From the NCBI GenBank assembly GCA_904420245.1, contig CAJFUL010000038.1:10196-74195 (forward strand): DNA of 64,000 nt. Reading direction: 5' to 3'. The notes beneath the pieces are model-generated. The model saw only the letters and a program-made list of their open reading frames with translations. It searched no databases and was not told the DNA's origin. Source of the stretch: Candidatus Paralachnospira avium (GTDB lineage: Bacteria > Bacillota > Clostridia > Lachnospirales > Lachnospiraceae). Below, piece by piece: positions 27,303 to 37,403 of the stretch (position 1 is the first letter of the stretch; each line of letters opens with the position of its first letter). The position numbers were made by a program, and so were the translations under genes.

Positions 27303-28151
27303 TTACATCCTGCAAAGCTCCAGCTTTTTCACCAGGTATTCTTCCAGCTTTTCCTGGACATATACGGGGATGTCGAAGAAATCTCCCTGCACGCCCTTTT
27401 CCCGATAGAAGGTATCCAGAGTAGTGTGGTACAGGTGGAAGAATTCAGTGCCTACGTTGAATTTGTTGATGCCTTTTTCAAAGGCCAGGGCCACCTGATC
27501 CAAGGGGATGCCGCTGCCGCCGTGCATGACGAGGGGCGTATCGGTGGCCTTGTTGATCTCCTCCAGACGGCCCAGATCCAGCTTGGGCGTCGTCTTGTAG
27601 AAGCCGTGGGCGCTGCCCACAGCCACGGCCACGGAGTCGACTCCGGTGGCTTCGCAGAACTGGGCGGCCACGTCGGCGCGGGTGTACATATCTTCATTGA
27701 ACTGGTCGGTCTTGGTGGCGGCAAAGCCCACATGGCCCAGCTCAGCTTCCACCTCGGCGCCCAGGATATGGGCCGTCTCCACGACCTTTTTGGTGTTTAC
27801 GATATTTTCCTCCACGGGAAGCATGGAGCCGTCGTACATGACGGAGGGGAAGCCCGCCTTGACGGCGGAAATGATATAAGCGTAGTCGCTGCAGTGGTCC
27901 AGATGGAGGCCAACAGGGACAGAAGCTTTTTCGGCCAGTGCCCTTACCATGGAAGCGAAGCCCTCCGGTGAACAGAACCGGTTCTTGTAGGAGTGTTCCG
28001 GATAGAGCATGATGATGACCGGTTTATGGACGGCTTCCGCCGCCCTTACGACGGAGGAGGCCATGGTGTAATCCACGCAGTTGAAAGCAAGGGCGGAGGT
28101 ATGGTTTTTATCCGCTTCCTTTAAGATGGTGCTTACTTTTTCAAATGGCAT
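27303..28151 (-). CDS. class II fructose/tagatose-bisphosphate aldolase family protein
   Basis: LHLDH, SVMYDGS, VEAELG, GSAHG, VMHGGSG, KFNVGT. Confidence 0.93.
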   Translation of the reverse strand: MPFEKVSTILKEADKNHTSALAFNCVDYTMASSVVRAAEAVHKPVIIMLYPEHSYKNRFCSPEGFASMVRALAEKASVPVGLHLDHCSDYAYIISAVKAGFPSVMYDGSMLPVEENIVNTKKVVETAHILGAEVEAELGHVGFAATKTDQFNEDMYTRADVAAQFCEATGVDSVAVAVGSAHGFYKTTPKLDLGRLEEINKATDTPLVMHGGSGIPLDQVALAFEKGINKFNVGTEFFHLYHTTLDTFYREKGVQGDFFDIPVYVQEKLEEYLVKKLELCRM

Positions 28152-28166
28152 GATGCATATGCTCCT

Positions 28167-29129
28167 TTATCTAATGATGGAACGGCGGTTGGCAGACTCC
28201 ATGAAGGAGAGCACCTGCTGTTCGCTTTTGATGGTGTGGTGAGCGCCCAGGCCGGTGGCGTTGATGGCGCCTACGGCACAGGCGAAATCGGTGCAGGTCT
28301 CAATGGGCCAGCCCTTTAAGAGAGCGTGGGTAAAGCCGCCCAGGAAGTTGTCTCCGCAGCCGGTGGTGTCCACGGCTTTGATCTCGTAGGGATCGGAGAA
28401 AAACCGCTTCTGGGCATTTTTGAAGAAACAGCCGTCTGCTCCCAGCTTCAGCACCACGTTTCCCACTCCGCGGGAGAGGAAATAGTCGGCGATCTTGTCG
28501 GGATCCGTCTCTCCGGTCACATAGTGGGCCTCCTCCAGGCTGGGCATCATATAGTCCACATGGGGATAGACGGGAAGCTGCGCCTCCGGTCCGATGTGCT
28601 CCAGGTCATGGCTCATATCACAGATGGTGATGGCTCCATAGGAGCGGGCCCGTTCCAGGATCCCGGCGATGGGCGCTCCGTCCAGACCGGGCAGGCAGAA
28701 GAGGCTTCCCACGGTGACGGCCCTGGTATCCTTCAGAGCTTCCTCCGGGATCTCTTCCGGGAGGAGCTGGTAATGGCTGTTTCCCTTCTTGACCAGGAAA
28801 GAGCGCTCTCCGTCCGGCTTGATGACCACAATGGCCATCATCATCTCGGCCGCGCTGTCCCGGATGATCAGAGAGCGGTCCACAGGCTCGTTTTCCAGGA
28901 TGGAGTAGATGCTGTTCCCGACGGCATCCCGGCCGATCTTCACCAGGGGGGCGGTGCGGCTTCCCAGGTGGGCCAGGGTAATGGCTTCGTTTCCGGCGTC
29001 TCCGCCGGATGTGATCAAGGCTTCTTTCGCCACGGAAGTGTCCTTGGTGAGGGCATCCTCCGGGATGTCCGTGACAATGATGTCCTGGACGATGAAGCCG
29101 ATGCATACTGCGTCATATTTCTTGCTCAT
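28167..29129 (-). CDS. PfkB family carbohydrate kinase
   Basis: GGDAGNEA and DTTGCGDNF. Confidence 0.9.
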   Translation of the reverse strand: MSKKYDAVCIGFIVQDIIVTDIPEDALTKDTSVAKEALITSGGDAGNEAITLAHLGSRTAPLVKIGRDAVGNSIYSILENEPVDRSLIIRDSAAEMMMAIVVIKPDGERSFLVKKGNSHYQLLPEEIPEEALKDTRAVTVGSLFCLPGLDGAPIAGILERARSYGAITICDMSHDLEHIGPEAQLPVYPHVDYMMPSLEEAHYVTGETDPDKIADYFLSRGVGNVVLKLGADGCFFKNAQKRFFSDPYEIKAVDTTGCGDNFLGGFTHALLKGWPIETCTDFACAVGAINATGLGAHHTIKSEQQVLSFMESANRRSIIR

Positions 29130-29142
29130 AAGATCCGTCCTT

Positions 29143-30186
29143 TCACGGTCTGACAGAAAAACGGTATGTGGTGGAGAAGCTCTGGGGAGCTTCCTTTGTC
29201 ACGAGGCAGGAGGGAAATGAGGGCTGGTTGATGGAGTCCGGGAAGAACTGGGTCTCCAGGCAGAAACCGCCGTGTTTTTCATAAGGTTTTCCGGAGCTGC
29301 CCGTGATGGAGCCGTCCAGGCCGTTGGCCGTGTAGAACTGGACGCCGGGGCTGTCGGTCTCCATTTCCATCTGGATCCCGGTCCTGGGGCAGCAGGCCGC
29401 TGCCTTGGGAGAAGCGTCTGCCCGGAGGACGTAGTTGTGATCGTAGCCTCCGGCCATGACCATCTGATCCCAATCAGAGCCGATGTCCCGGCCGATGGGC
29501 TTGGACGTGTTGAAATCCAGGGCAGTTCCCCGGACAGGGACCAGTTTTCCGGTGGGAATGAATTCCGCGTCGATCTCGGTGAAAGCGTCGGCCGCGATCC
29601 TCATCTCATGATCCAGAACGTTTCCGTTCCCCTCACCCGCCAGATTGAAATAATTGTGGTTGGTCAGGTTGCAGAAGGAAGCGGTGTCTGTGGAAGCCCG
29701 GTAGGAGATGGTGAAGGAATTGTCCCGCAGCAGACGGTATTCCACCAGGACCGTGAGGTTCCCGGGATAACCGCCGTCTCCGTCGGGGCTTTCCAGCCGG
29801 AAGGTCACATGGTCCTCACCCTCGCCGGCGCAGGAAAAATACCGGAAGGCGTAGCCGCCGGAGGCGCCGTGGAGGTGGTTGTTCCCCTCATTCTGTTCCA
29901 GCTGGTACTCTTTGCCGCCGAAAGAAAACCGGCCGCCGCGGATGCGGTTCCCATAGCGGCCCACGACGCAGCCGAAGCTGGCCCGGTTGGTCTCGTATTC
30001 GGCCAGGGTGGGAAAGCCCAGAGCCACGTTGGTGGGGGCTCCGTCCCGGTCCGGCACGATGATGGAAAGGATGCTGCATCCGATGTTGCAGACTTCCAAG
30101 GTCATCCCGTTTTCATTGGAAAGCTGGAAACGGTATACCGTTTCGCCGTTTTTGGTGGTTCCCCAGATGGTTTTCTTTAAGCTCAT
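29143..30186 (-). CDS. galM: aldose 1-epimerase (mutarotase)
   Basis: GRYGNRI, NHLHG, GYPG, NLTNHNYFNL, GYDHN, CLETQ. Confidence 0.93.
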   Translation of the reverse strand: MSLKKTIWGTTKNGETVYRFQLSNENGMTLEVCNIGCSILSIIVPDRDGAPTNVALGFPTLAEYETNRASFGCVVGRYGNRIRGGRFSFGGKEYQLEQNEGNNHLHGASGGYAFRYFSCAGEGEDHVTFRLESPDGDGGYPGNLTVLVEYRLLRDNSFTISYRASTDTASFCNLTNHNYFNLAGEGNGNVLDHEMRIAADAFTEIDAEFIPTGKLVPVRGTALDFNTSKPIGRDIGSDWDQMVMAGGYDHNYVLRADASPKAAACCPRTGIQMEMETDSPGVQFYTANGLDGSITGSSGKPYEKHGGFCLETQFFPDSINQPSFPSCLVTKEAPQSFSTTYRFSVRP

Positions 30187-30281
30187 GGCAGTCAGTTCCT
30201 TTCTTGGTTGGTGTATTCTCTGTCAGACATTCCGGCCTCCCCGGAAGTTTGGGATCTGTACCTTCCGGAGGCTTTACCGGA

Positions 30282-30312
30282 GCCGGAGCCCGCAGCAGCT
30301 GCGGGCTCCGGC
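30282..30312. other. perfect 14-bp intercistronic stem-loop
   Basis: GCCGGAGCCCGCAG-cag-CTGCGGGCTCCGGC between the isomerase and galM genes. Confidence 0.7.
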
Positions 30313-30366
30313 GCAAGTGTTTCTTTCATAGGAAACCGCCGCTGAAGCCGCAGGCGGTTTGATTTC

Positions 30367-31797
30367 CTAGCGAAGCAGGGCCTGAACTTCTTCCTCCGTA
30401 GGCTCAGCCATATCCGGAGTCAGGGCGGGGATATATTTGCATGCTTCATAGAGGATCGGTGCGATGTGATCCTGTACGCCGGCCACATGGTGGATGTAAG
30501 GGCCTGTGACGACCTTATGCTCCAGCTTGGGCCAGTCTTTGAATTCGATCCAGCCGTAAGTACCCTTGGTGGCCGGTCCGGGGACCGTCTTTCCTTCTGC
30601 CACTAAGAGGCTGTACTTGTCGCCGGAGCAGTCGAACCGCATGACGGTGACAGGAGAGTCCTCCAGCAGGAAGTTGCCGACGGTGGGACGTCCTTCGTCG
30701 AAATTCACGCCGATACCGGGCTTTTTCGCCTTGCTGGCCGTGGATTTGGGGAAAACGCCGCAGTGCCAGAACAGCTCCGCGTTGTCGTTTTCCGGATGGC
30801 GGATGGTGATGTCCGCGAAGAAGGAAGCCTTGGTCCAGCGGGTAGCCGCCTGAGCGATGACGGAAGTGACGGCGCCGTGGACATCGGTCTCACAGATGAC
30901 AGGCAGGCCCATATCCGTAAGCTCGGAGAAGGCGAAGCAGGAGGCGACGCCGCCGATGTCTCTCATGGGGCCCCAGCAGCTGGAGGCGATGGCGGAGACT
31001 TCCTTGGCCTCTGCCCAGTCTTTGATGGTGCAGACCAAAGCTGCCGTGCGGCGGAGCGCGTCGTCGTCTACGGATACCTCAAAGGTTTCCTTATAATAAG
31101 CGACGATCTCGTCCAGACGAGGCCCTTCATTGGCCATGATGGCATCGTACTGCTGTTTCAGCTCGATCATGGAGACCGGCACCACTTCGATGCCGAACTG
31201 TTCCAGGAGCTGCAGCTCGTTGCATTTTACCGACCAGAATTCTTCCGGACGGACGCCGATCTGGCCGATGCGCAGATGGGTCATGCTCTTGACGATGGAG
31301 ACGGCGCCCAGGAAATAGTTCATGGTCCTCTCAAAGGTGGGATCGTCAAATGTGCAGTTGGTCATATAGGTAAAAGGCACGCCGAACTGGCGCAGGATCT
31401 TGCCGGTGGCCATCAGGCCGCACTGGCTGTCGGTGCAGCGGTTGCCTTCGCTGTCGGGAGCGGGATCTCTGGGAGCCCACAGCAGCAGGGGCTTGCCTAC
31501 CATCTTGCCGATCTTGGCAATGGCGTCCTCAGTACCGAAATTGCAGTGGGGGGTGAACAAGGCGTCGACCTTCTCCTGGATCATATAGTCGGCCACTTTT
31601 TTCGCGTCCAGTCCGCTGTAGATGATGCCTTCCTCATTGAGGAAATCGATATTGACAAAGTCAATGCCCATTTCCGTCAGTTTTTTCTCTGTGGCTTTCT
31701 TATTGGCCTGGGCCACGTCTACATTACAGAAAAATTCGCCGGTCAGATTCCTTCTGGTGGGGACAACGCCCAGCTTCAATGTGTGTTTGTTATTCAT
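30367..31797 (-). CDS. L-fucose/L-arabinose isomerase family protein
   Basis: HCNFGTE, CETDVHGA, FFADI, GPYIHH; ATG 31797 follows AAAGG. Confidence 0.9.
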   Translation of the reverse strand: MNNKHTLKLGVVPTRRNLTGEFFCNVDVAQANKKATEKKLTEMGIDFVNIDFLNEEGIIYSGLDAKKVADYMIQEKVDALFTPHCNFGTEDAIAKIGKMVGKPLLLWAPRDPAPDSEGNRCTDSQCGLMATGKILRQFGVPFTYMTNCTFDDPTFERTMNYFLGAVSIVKSMTHLRIGQIGVRPEEFWSVKCNELQLLEQFGIEVVPVSMIELKQQYDAIMANEGPRLDEIVAYYKETFEVSVDDDALRRTAALVCTIKDWAEAKEVSAIASSCWGPMRDIGGVASCFAFSELTDMGLPVICETDVHGAVTSVIAQAATRWTKASFFADITIRHPENDNAELFWHCGVFPKSTASKAKKPGIGVNFDEGRPTVGNFLLEDSPVTVMRFDCSGDKYSLLVAEGKTVPGPATKGTYGWIEFKDWPKLEHKVVTGPYIHHVAGVQDHIAPILYEACKYIPALTPDMAEPTEEEVQALLR

Positions 31798-31893
31798 ACG
31801 CATCGCCTTTCTACATCAAAAATATCAACCTTTTGCTATAGTAAACGGCATGAATACCAAACGGGGCTCCCCTGCCTATTGGGTATCTAGCTG

Positions 31894-33105
31894 TTACCTT
31901 CCGGTATTGAATTGTAAGAGCGCATCGGCCAGGAAGCCGTTCAGGAGGGCATCCAGGGCAGTGAAGGCCGCTCCCAGCATGGAAGCGGAAGACGTAAGCT
32001 CAGAGTAGCTGATCTTCGTCTCGCAGAATGGAAATTTATTTTTATGAAAATGTTCTTCAAACTGTTCCTGCCAGAGAAAACGGTCTGCCAGGAGGTTTCC
32101 GCCCATGATCAAAAGCTCCGGTTCCAAGAGCGAGCAGGCGGAAGCGCAGTGATCGCCCAAAAGCTCGCCTGCCTGGGCGAAGAGGCGCCTGGAAAGGGCG
32201 TCTCCCTGTCTGGCATGGAGGCGGATGGACTGATACAGGGCGCCGTCGGAGGGGTGCAGGACCACGTCGGAGGGCTCGCCTCTGGCCGCGGCTTCCCGGA
32301 ACTGGGTGGTGATCCCCAGAGGAGAAGCGTACATCTCCAGACATCCCCGCTTGCCGCAGGAGCATAAAGTGCCGCCGGGGCGGACTGTGATATGTCCCAG
32401 CTCGCACTGATGCCTGCCGGGACTGTAATAAGTATGACGGTCATTCATCCAGGCCATGCCGACGCCGTAGTTCAAGGAGACCAGGGCCACGTTGCTGTAG
32501 GTGCTCTGCCGCATGATCCCGAAATATTTTTCCGCCGCCAGGACGCATACCGTGTCGGCATAGACGTTGACCGGGATATGGAACCTGGCCTCCAGCGGCT
32601 GCCGGATCTCCAGATTCTTCCATTTATCGGAAAAGATCGAGGTCCTCAGTATGCTGCCGTCGGTGGCGCCGGGTACCGAGATCCCGATGGCCAGGACCCG
32701 TTTCTGGCTGGCCCGGCCATTGAGGAAATATTCCAGGATATATTCCAGATAGTCCAGTATCTGCTCCGGATGGCGTACGGGAAGAGTCTGGGCGTCCAGC
32801 TCTTCTCCGGAGAGGGTGGTCAGGACTCCTTTGGCGTAGTTAAGGGTCACGTCCAATCCGGCCAGCAGAAAATCGTCGGGATTGAGACGGATCTCTACCG
32901 GCGCCTTTCCTACGCTTCCATTCAGGACGGGTCCCTCTGTTGCGATGCCTGTGGCCAGAAGTACGTTGCAGAACTGGGAGACCGCTCCCCAGCTTAAGCC
33001 GGTTTCGTTCTGGATCTGTCTTCTGGTAATGGAGCGGTTCTGCTGAATGGAGCGGAAGATCTTTTTTAAGTTTTTGATCTTTAATGTAGATATAGTGCTG
33101 TTCAT
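31894..33105 (-). CDS. ROK family transcriptional regulator
   Basis: N-terminal HTH (TRRQIQNETGLSWGAVS) and ELGHI...CSCGKRGCLE. Confidence 0.92.
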   Translation of the reverse strand: MNSTISTLKIKNLKKIFRSIQQNRSITRRQIQNETGLSWGAVSQFCNVLLATGIATEGPVLNGSVGKAPVEIRLNPDDFLLAGLDVTLNYAKGVLTTLSGEELDAQTLPVRHPEQILDYLEYILEYFLNGRASQKRVLAIGISVPGATDGSILRTSIFSDKWKNLEIRQPLEARFHIPVNVYADTVCVLAAEKYFGIMRQSTYSNVALVSLNYGVGMAWMNDRHTYYSPGRHQCELGHITVRPGGTLCSCGKRGCLEMYASPLGITTQFREAAARGEPSDVVLHPSDGALYQSIRLHARQGDALSRRLFAQAGELLGDHCASACSLLEPELLIMGGNLLADRFLWQEQFEEHFHKNKFPFCETKISYSELTSSASMLGAAFTALDALLNGFLADALLQFNTGR

Positions 33106-33287
33106 CTATTGCCCGCCCATCTTCTGAAAAATCATTCAATGCAATCATAACACGATTGATTGGGAAAAGCAATCACTTTATTCTAAAAATCTTTGTTAAA
33201 AATATTTATATTTAGTAAAAATGTAACAAAACAGCAGGGGTCATATTGGATATAAGCACAAAAATTATAAGAAAAATCAAAAGGTTA

Positions 33288-33315
33288 TTGACAAAATATG
33301 GTAAAAAGATATAAT
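33288..33315 (+). promoter_or_regulatory. sigma-A promoter of the Mgl-like operon
   Basis: TTGACA-16-TATAAT. Confidence 0.75.
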
Positions 33316-33327
33316 ATCAAAGCATGA

Positions 33328-33346
33328 TATATCACGATGTGATATA
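33328..33346. promoter_or_regulatory. palindromic operator candidate
   Basis: TATATCAC-gat-GTGATATA just downstream of the predicted +1, in the region divergent from the ROK regulator. Confidence 0.55.
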
Positions 33347-33462
33347 ATCAAGCCTGCAAGGCTATGGCGATATAGCTGCTCCCCCGTTGTCTATGGATGA
33401 CGTAGCCGGCAGGACGGAACCGGTTGTTATGTTGTAGGAAAGTGAAAAGGAGGAAAGTATCT

Positions 33463-34584
33463 ATGAAAAAAGCATTGGCGCTGATCTTAGCAGTCATGAT
33501 GGTCTTTTCGCTGGCGGCCTGCGGCTCCGGCGGAAGTGATGAGACGACAGCGGCACCCCCTGCTACATCGGGAACGTCGGACGAGAGCGAACCCGCATCG
33601 GATGAAGGCGGCGGTTCTGCTGACGCAGCCAATGGGGAGGGACTGAATATCGGTGTCCTGATCCGTACATTCAGCGATACATACACCACCACAGTCCGTA
33701 CCTTCATGACGCAGTACCTGGACGAGGCAGGATGCGAATATGAAGTTATGGATGCAAATGATTCCCAGGCAACCCAGAACGAGCAGCTGGAAGCGTTTTT
33801 GTCCAAGGGTGTTGACGGTATCATCTGTCAGACAGTAAACGTATCGGCTTCCGCAGATATCCTGGAAACCTGCGTGGAGGCAGGAGTTCCGGTCCTGTTC
33901 TTCAACCACCAGCCCGACGATATGACCATCATCGCAGAAGAACCCACCACAGTCTTCGTGGGAACCGATTCTCCCGAAGCCGGTTATATGCAGGCGGATC
34001 TGTTCATGGAATTCTGGTCTGATGAATACGACAGAAACGGCGACGGCACCGCTCAGTACGTGATCTTCCAGGGTTCCGCCGAATCTCAGGAGGCTTTTGA
34101 CCGGTCCCAGTATTGTGTAGAAGGCGCCGAGGACGAAGGCTATACCTTTGAGCAGCTGGAAGACAACTATCTGTGTAACTGGGATTCCACTCTGGCACAG
34201 GAAGCCATGACCGCCTTCCTGGGCGTCCATGAAGACGATGTGGAAGTAGTCTTCTGCAACAACGACTCCATGGCAGAAGGCGTCGTCGCGGCTCTCAACG
34301 CCATCGGCTACAACACCGGTGAAGAAGGCGACCCTGAGATCCTGGTATTCGGTGTAGACGCCACCGACGCAGGCAAGGCGCTCATCGAGCAGGGCAAGAT
34401 GCAGGGAACGGTAGAGCAGGACGGCGATACCATGGCCAAGACCAACGTAGAGCTGATGATCCGCCTGTGTAACGGCATGACCAAGGAAGAAGCGGTTGCG
34501 GATTACGGTCTGGAGATATTCGACGGTGACAATGCTTCCGTCCGTATCCCTTACAAGCAGTACACGGCAGGTTCTGCTGAGTAA
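33463..34584 (+). CDS. mglB: MglB-like sugar-binding lipoprotein
   Basis: Lipobox LAAC; FFN...P, VGTD, DRNGDG Ca loop, NNDSMA, FGVDA as in galactose/glucose-binding proteins. Confidence 0.8.
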   Translation: MKKALALILAVMMVFSLAACGSGGSDETTAAPPATSGTSDESEPASDEGGGSADAANGEGLNIGVLIRTFSDTYTTTVRTFMTQYLDEAGCEYEVMDANDSQATQNEQLEAFLSKGVDGIICQTVNVSASADILETCVEAGVPVLFFNHQPDDMTIIAEEPTTVFVGTDSPEAGYMQADLFMEFWSDEYDRNGDGTAQYVIFQGSAESQEAFDRSQYCVEGAEDEGYTFEQLEDNYLCNWDSTLAQEAMTAFLGVHEDDVEVVFCNNDSMAEGVVAALNAIGYNTGEEGDPEILVFGVDATDAGKALIEQGKMQGTVEQDGDTMAKTNVELMIRLCNGMTKEEAVADYGLEIFDGDNASVRIPYKQYTAGSAE

Positions 34585-34686
34585 CCAGGAGATAGCTTAT
34601 AAGCAGTACCGAGGGGCGGCTTTTGCTGGGCCGCCCTCTTCGGGTTTATAAGTTCTAGATTTGAGTGGAGAAGGAAGTGAGGACAG

Positions 34687-36186
34687 ATGGCAGCAGAATA
34701 TCTCCTGGAGATGGAAAATATTGAAAAATCCTTCCCCGGCGTGAAAGCGCTGGACCGGGTCACCCTGAAGGTACGGCCGGGAACGGTCCATGCCCTGATG
34801 GGAGAAAACGGCGCGGGGAAGAGTACTCTGATGAAATGTCTGTTCGGTCTTTACCGCAAGGATGCGGGAACCATCAAGATCGACGGGGAAGAAGTCAACT
34901 ATGAAGATCCCAAGGATGCTCTGATCCACGGAGTATCCATGGTGCACCAGGAACTGAACCAGGTGCTGAGAAGAAATGTGATGGAAAATATCTGGCTGGG
35001 ACGTTTTCCCAAAAAGCGCGGCCTTGTGGATCATAAGAAGATGTATGACGATACCAAGGCGCTGATGGATGAGCTGGGTCTCTCCGTGGATCCGACCCAG
35101 GAATTGTCGGGGATATCCGTATCCAGACGCCAGATGATCGAGATCGCCAAGGCGATTTCTTATAATGTCAAAGTCCTGGTCCTGGACGAGCCGACCTCCT
35201 CCCTTTCTGTGGAAGAGTGCGAAAAGCTGTTTGAAGTCATGAACATGCTGAAAGAGCGCGGCGTTTCCATGGTCTATATTTCCCATAAGATCGATGAGAT
35301 CCTCCGGATCTCCGACGAAGTGACCATCATGCGGGATGGAAAGAACGTCGTCACCAAGAAAAAAGAAGAGCTGACCACGGATGAGATCATCAAAAATATG
35401 GTGGGCCGCGATCTGACCAATCGGTATCCGCCCAGAGAGCACAAGGTTTCCGGCGAGGTGCTTTTAAAGGTGGAAAATCTGACGGGTATGTACGAGCCTA
35501 CCTGTCATAATGTGTCCTTTGAACTCCATAAGGGAGAGATCCTGGGTATTTCCGGCCTGGTGGGTTCCAGGCGGACCGAGCTTCTGGAAACGATCTTCGG
35601 AGTGGCGCATCATAAAGAAGGAAAGCTCTACAAGGATGGAAAAGAGATCCATAACAGAAATTCCAAGGAAGCTTTCAAAAACGGGTTTGCCTTCGTGACG
35701 GAAGAGCGGCGGGCCACGGGGATCTTCCCTCAGGCTGACATCCGGTTCAACACTACCATCGCCAATATCCGGAAATACAGGAAGGGGCTGCTCTTATCCG
35801 ATAAAAATATGGGGAGCGACACCCAGAAGATGATCGATGCCCTGGCCACCAAGACTCCCAGCCAAAAGACAAAGATCCAGAATCTGTCCGGCGGCAATCA
35901 GCAGAAGGTGATCATTGCCAGATGGCTTCTGGCCAATCCCGACATCCTGCTCCTGGACGAACCCACCAGAGGAATCGACGTGGGTGCGAAATATGAGATC
36001 TACCAGCTGATCATCCAGCTTGCGAAAGAAGGAAAAGGCGTAATCTTCGTATCCTCCGAAATGCCGGAGCTGCTAGGAGTCTGCGACCGGATCATGGTCA
36101 TGAGCAACGGGCAGCTGGCGGGAATCCTGGAGAGGGAAGACCTGAGTGAAGAGGTTATCATGCGGCTTTCCGTCAAATATGTATAA
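34687..36186 (+). CDS. mglA: MglA-like ABC ATP-binding protein
   Basis: VHALMGENGAGKSTLMKCLFG, VTEERRATGIF, LSGGNQQK. Confidence 0.88.
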   Translation: MAAEYLLEMENIEKSFPGVKALDRVTLKVRPGTVHALMGENGAGKSTLMKCLFGLYRKDAGTIKIDGEEVNYEDPKDALIHGVSMVHQELNQVLRRNVMENIWLGRFPKKRGLVDHKKMYDDTKALMDELGLSVDPTQELSGISVSRRQMIEIAKAISYNVKVLVLDEPTSSLSVEECEKLFEVMNMLKERGVSMVYISHKIDEILRISDEVTIMRDGKNVVTKKKEELTTDEIIKNMVGRDLTNRYPPREHKVSGEVLLKVENLTGMYEPTCHNVSFELHKGEILGISGLVGSRRTELLETIFGVAHHKEGKLYKDGKEIHNRNSKEAFKNGFAFVTEERRATGIFPQADIRFNTTIANIRKYRKGLLLSDKNMGSDTQKMIDALATKTPSQKTKIQNLSGGNQQKVIIARWLLANPDILLLDEPTRGIDVGAKYEIYQLIIQLAKEGKGVIFVSSEMPELLGVCDRIMVMSNGQLAGILEREDLSEEVIMRLSVKYV

Positions 36187-36197
36187 GGAGGAGCGTT

Positions 36198-37211
36198 ATG
36201 GACAAGACAAAACAGAGTGTAAAAGACCGGCTGCTGGGATATTCCCTGTATTTTATCCTGCTGGCCATTTTGATCATCACCATTATCCTGGAACCTAAAT
36301 TCGTATCTTTCCGGAACCTCAGCAATATCCTTCAGATGGCTTCCACCCGCGCCATCATCGCAATGGGTATTTCCGGCCTGATCATCATCAACGGCACGGA
36401 TCTTTCCGCCGGCCGTGTGGTAGGCTGCTGTTGTGCCGTATCTGCGGCTCTTCTCCAGAATCCGGATTACGCGGCCAAGATGTTTCCCAATCTGGGCCAT
36501 GTGCCTCTGATCGTGGGCTGGCTGGCCAGCGTGGCCATCGCCGTGGCCTTCGCGGCCATCATCGGCCTGTGCGTGGCATATCTCCATATGCACGCTTTCA
36601 TTGCATCCTTAGGCATGCAGCTGGCGGCTTATGGCTTCCTCTGCCTGTTCATGGATTCCAACGGCAACAACGGACAGCCGCTGTCCAACCTGGCAGAGCA
36701 TTATGACAACTTTGTAAAGGGAGCCTTCACCATCGGAGGCGTCCGGATCCCGTATCTGATCTTCTATATGATCATCGCGGCGGTCATCATGTGGATCGTA
36801 TGGAACAAGACGGTGCTGGGCAAGAATATGTACGCCATCGGCGGCAACATCGAGGCGGCCAGGGTTTCCGGCATCAACGTGGAAAAATACATCGTCCTGA
36901 TCTTCATCCTGTCCGGTATCTGTGTAGGAACAGGCGCTTTCCTGGAGTGCTCCAGGATCGGTTCCGTGACGGCTGTTACCGGCCAGAACTATGAGTTCGA
37001 CGCCATTTCCGGCGCCGTCATAGGCGGCGTATCCTTCGCGGGAGGCGTAGGTACCATACCGGGAGTTGTGCTGGGCGTCATCATCCTGCAGACCATCAAC
37101 TACTGTCTGTACTTCCTGGGCGTCAGCTCCTATTATCAGTACATTGCCAGAGGCTTGATCATCATTATCGCCGTGGCCATCGACGTGAGAAAGTACGTTA
37201 AGAAAAAGTAA
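36198..37211 (+). CDS. mglC: MglC-like ABC permease
   Basis: GTDLSAGRVVG, ALLQ, WNKT.LGKNMYAIGGN, IDVRKY. Confidence 0.88.
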   Translation: MDKTKQSVKDRLLGYSLYFILLAILIITIILEPKFVSFRNLSNILQMASTRAIIAMGISGLIIINGTDLSAGRVVGCCCAVSAALLQNPDYAAKMFPNLGHVPLIVGWLASVAIAVAFAAIIGLCVAYLHMHAFIASLGMQLAAYGFLCLFMDSNGNNGQPLSNLAEHYDNFVKGAFTIGGVRIPYLIFYMIIAAVIMWIVWNKTVLGKNMYAIGGNIEAARVSGINVEKYIVLIFILSGICVGTGAFLECSRIGSVTAVTGQNYEFDAISGAVIGGVSFAGGVGTIPGVVLGVIILQTINYCLYFLGVSSYYQYIARGLIIIIAVAIDVRKYVKKK

Positions 37212-37225
37212 ATACAGATCCTTTT

Positions 37226-37254
37226 GGAGGGAGCCGGTTTTCCGGCTCCTTTCC
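37226..37254 (+). terminator. putative terminator hairpin
   Basis: GGAGGGAGCCGG-tttt-CCGGCTCCTTTCC. Confidence 0.6.
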
Positions 37255-37300
37255 TGCTCTATGGGAAATTTTGTTTCCATAGAGCAAAACACTCCGTGGG
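37251..37300 (+). repeat. dispersed palindromic intergenic repeat, copy B
   Basis: TGCTCTATGGGAAATTTTGTTTCCATAGAGCAAAACACTCCGTGGG. Confidence 0.8.
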
Positions 37301-37403
37301 CGCGGGATTTGTTTTCCCCCTGTTTTCCGGACCGGTTTTGTGTTATAATGGGCCGGTATGACAGCGGGCGCAGGATGTGGCGCCGGAAATAACGGAGGGG
37401 AAA

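Noticed and set aside
26900-27424. Plus-strand ORFs of 174 and 117 aa
   Set aside because: They span repeats, hairpins and a minus-strand promoter, with no RBS or protein-like composition
27303-33105. Sulfoquinovose (sulfo-EMP-type) pathway
   Set aside because: The enzyme classes fit loosely, but there is no GH31 sulfoquinovosidase, sulfolactaldehyde reductase/dehydrogenase or sulfonate exporter in the window
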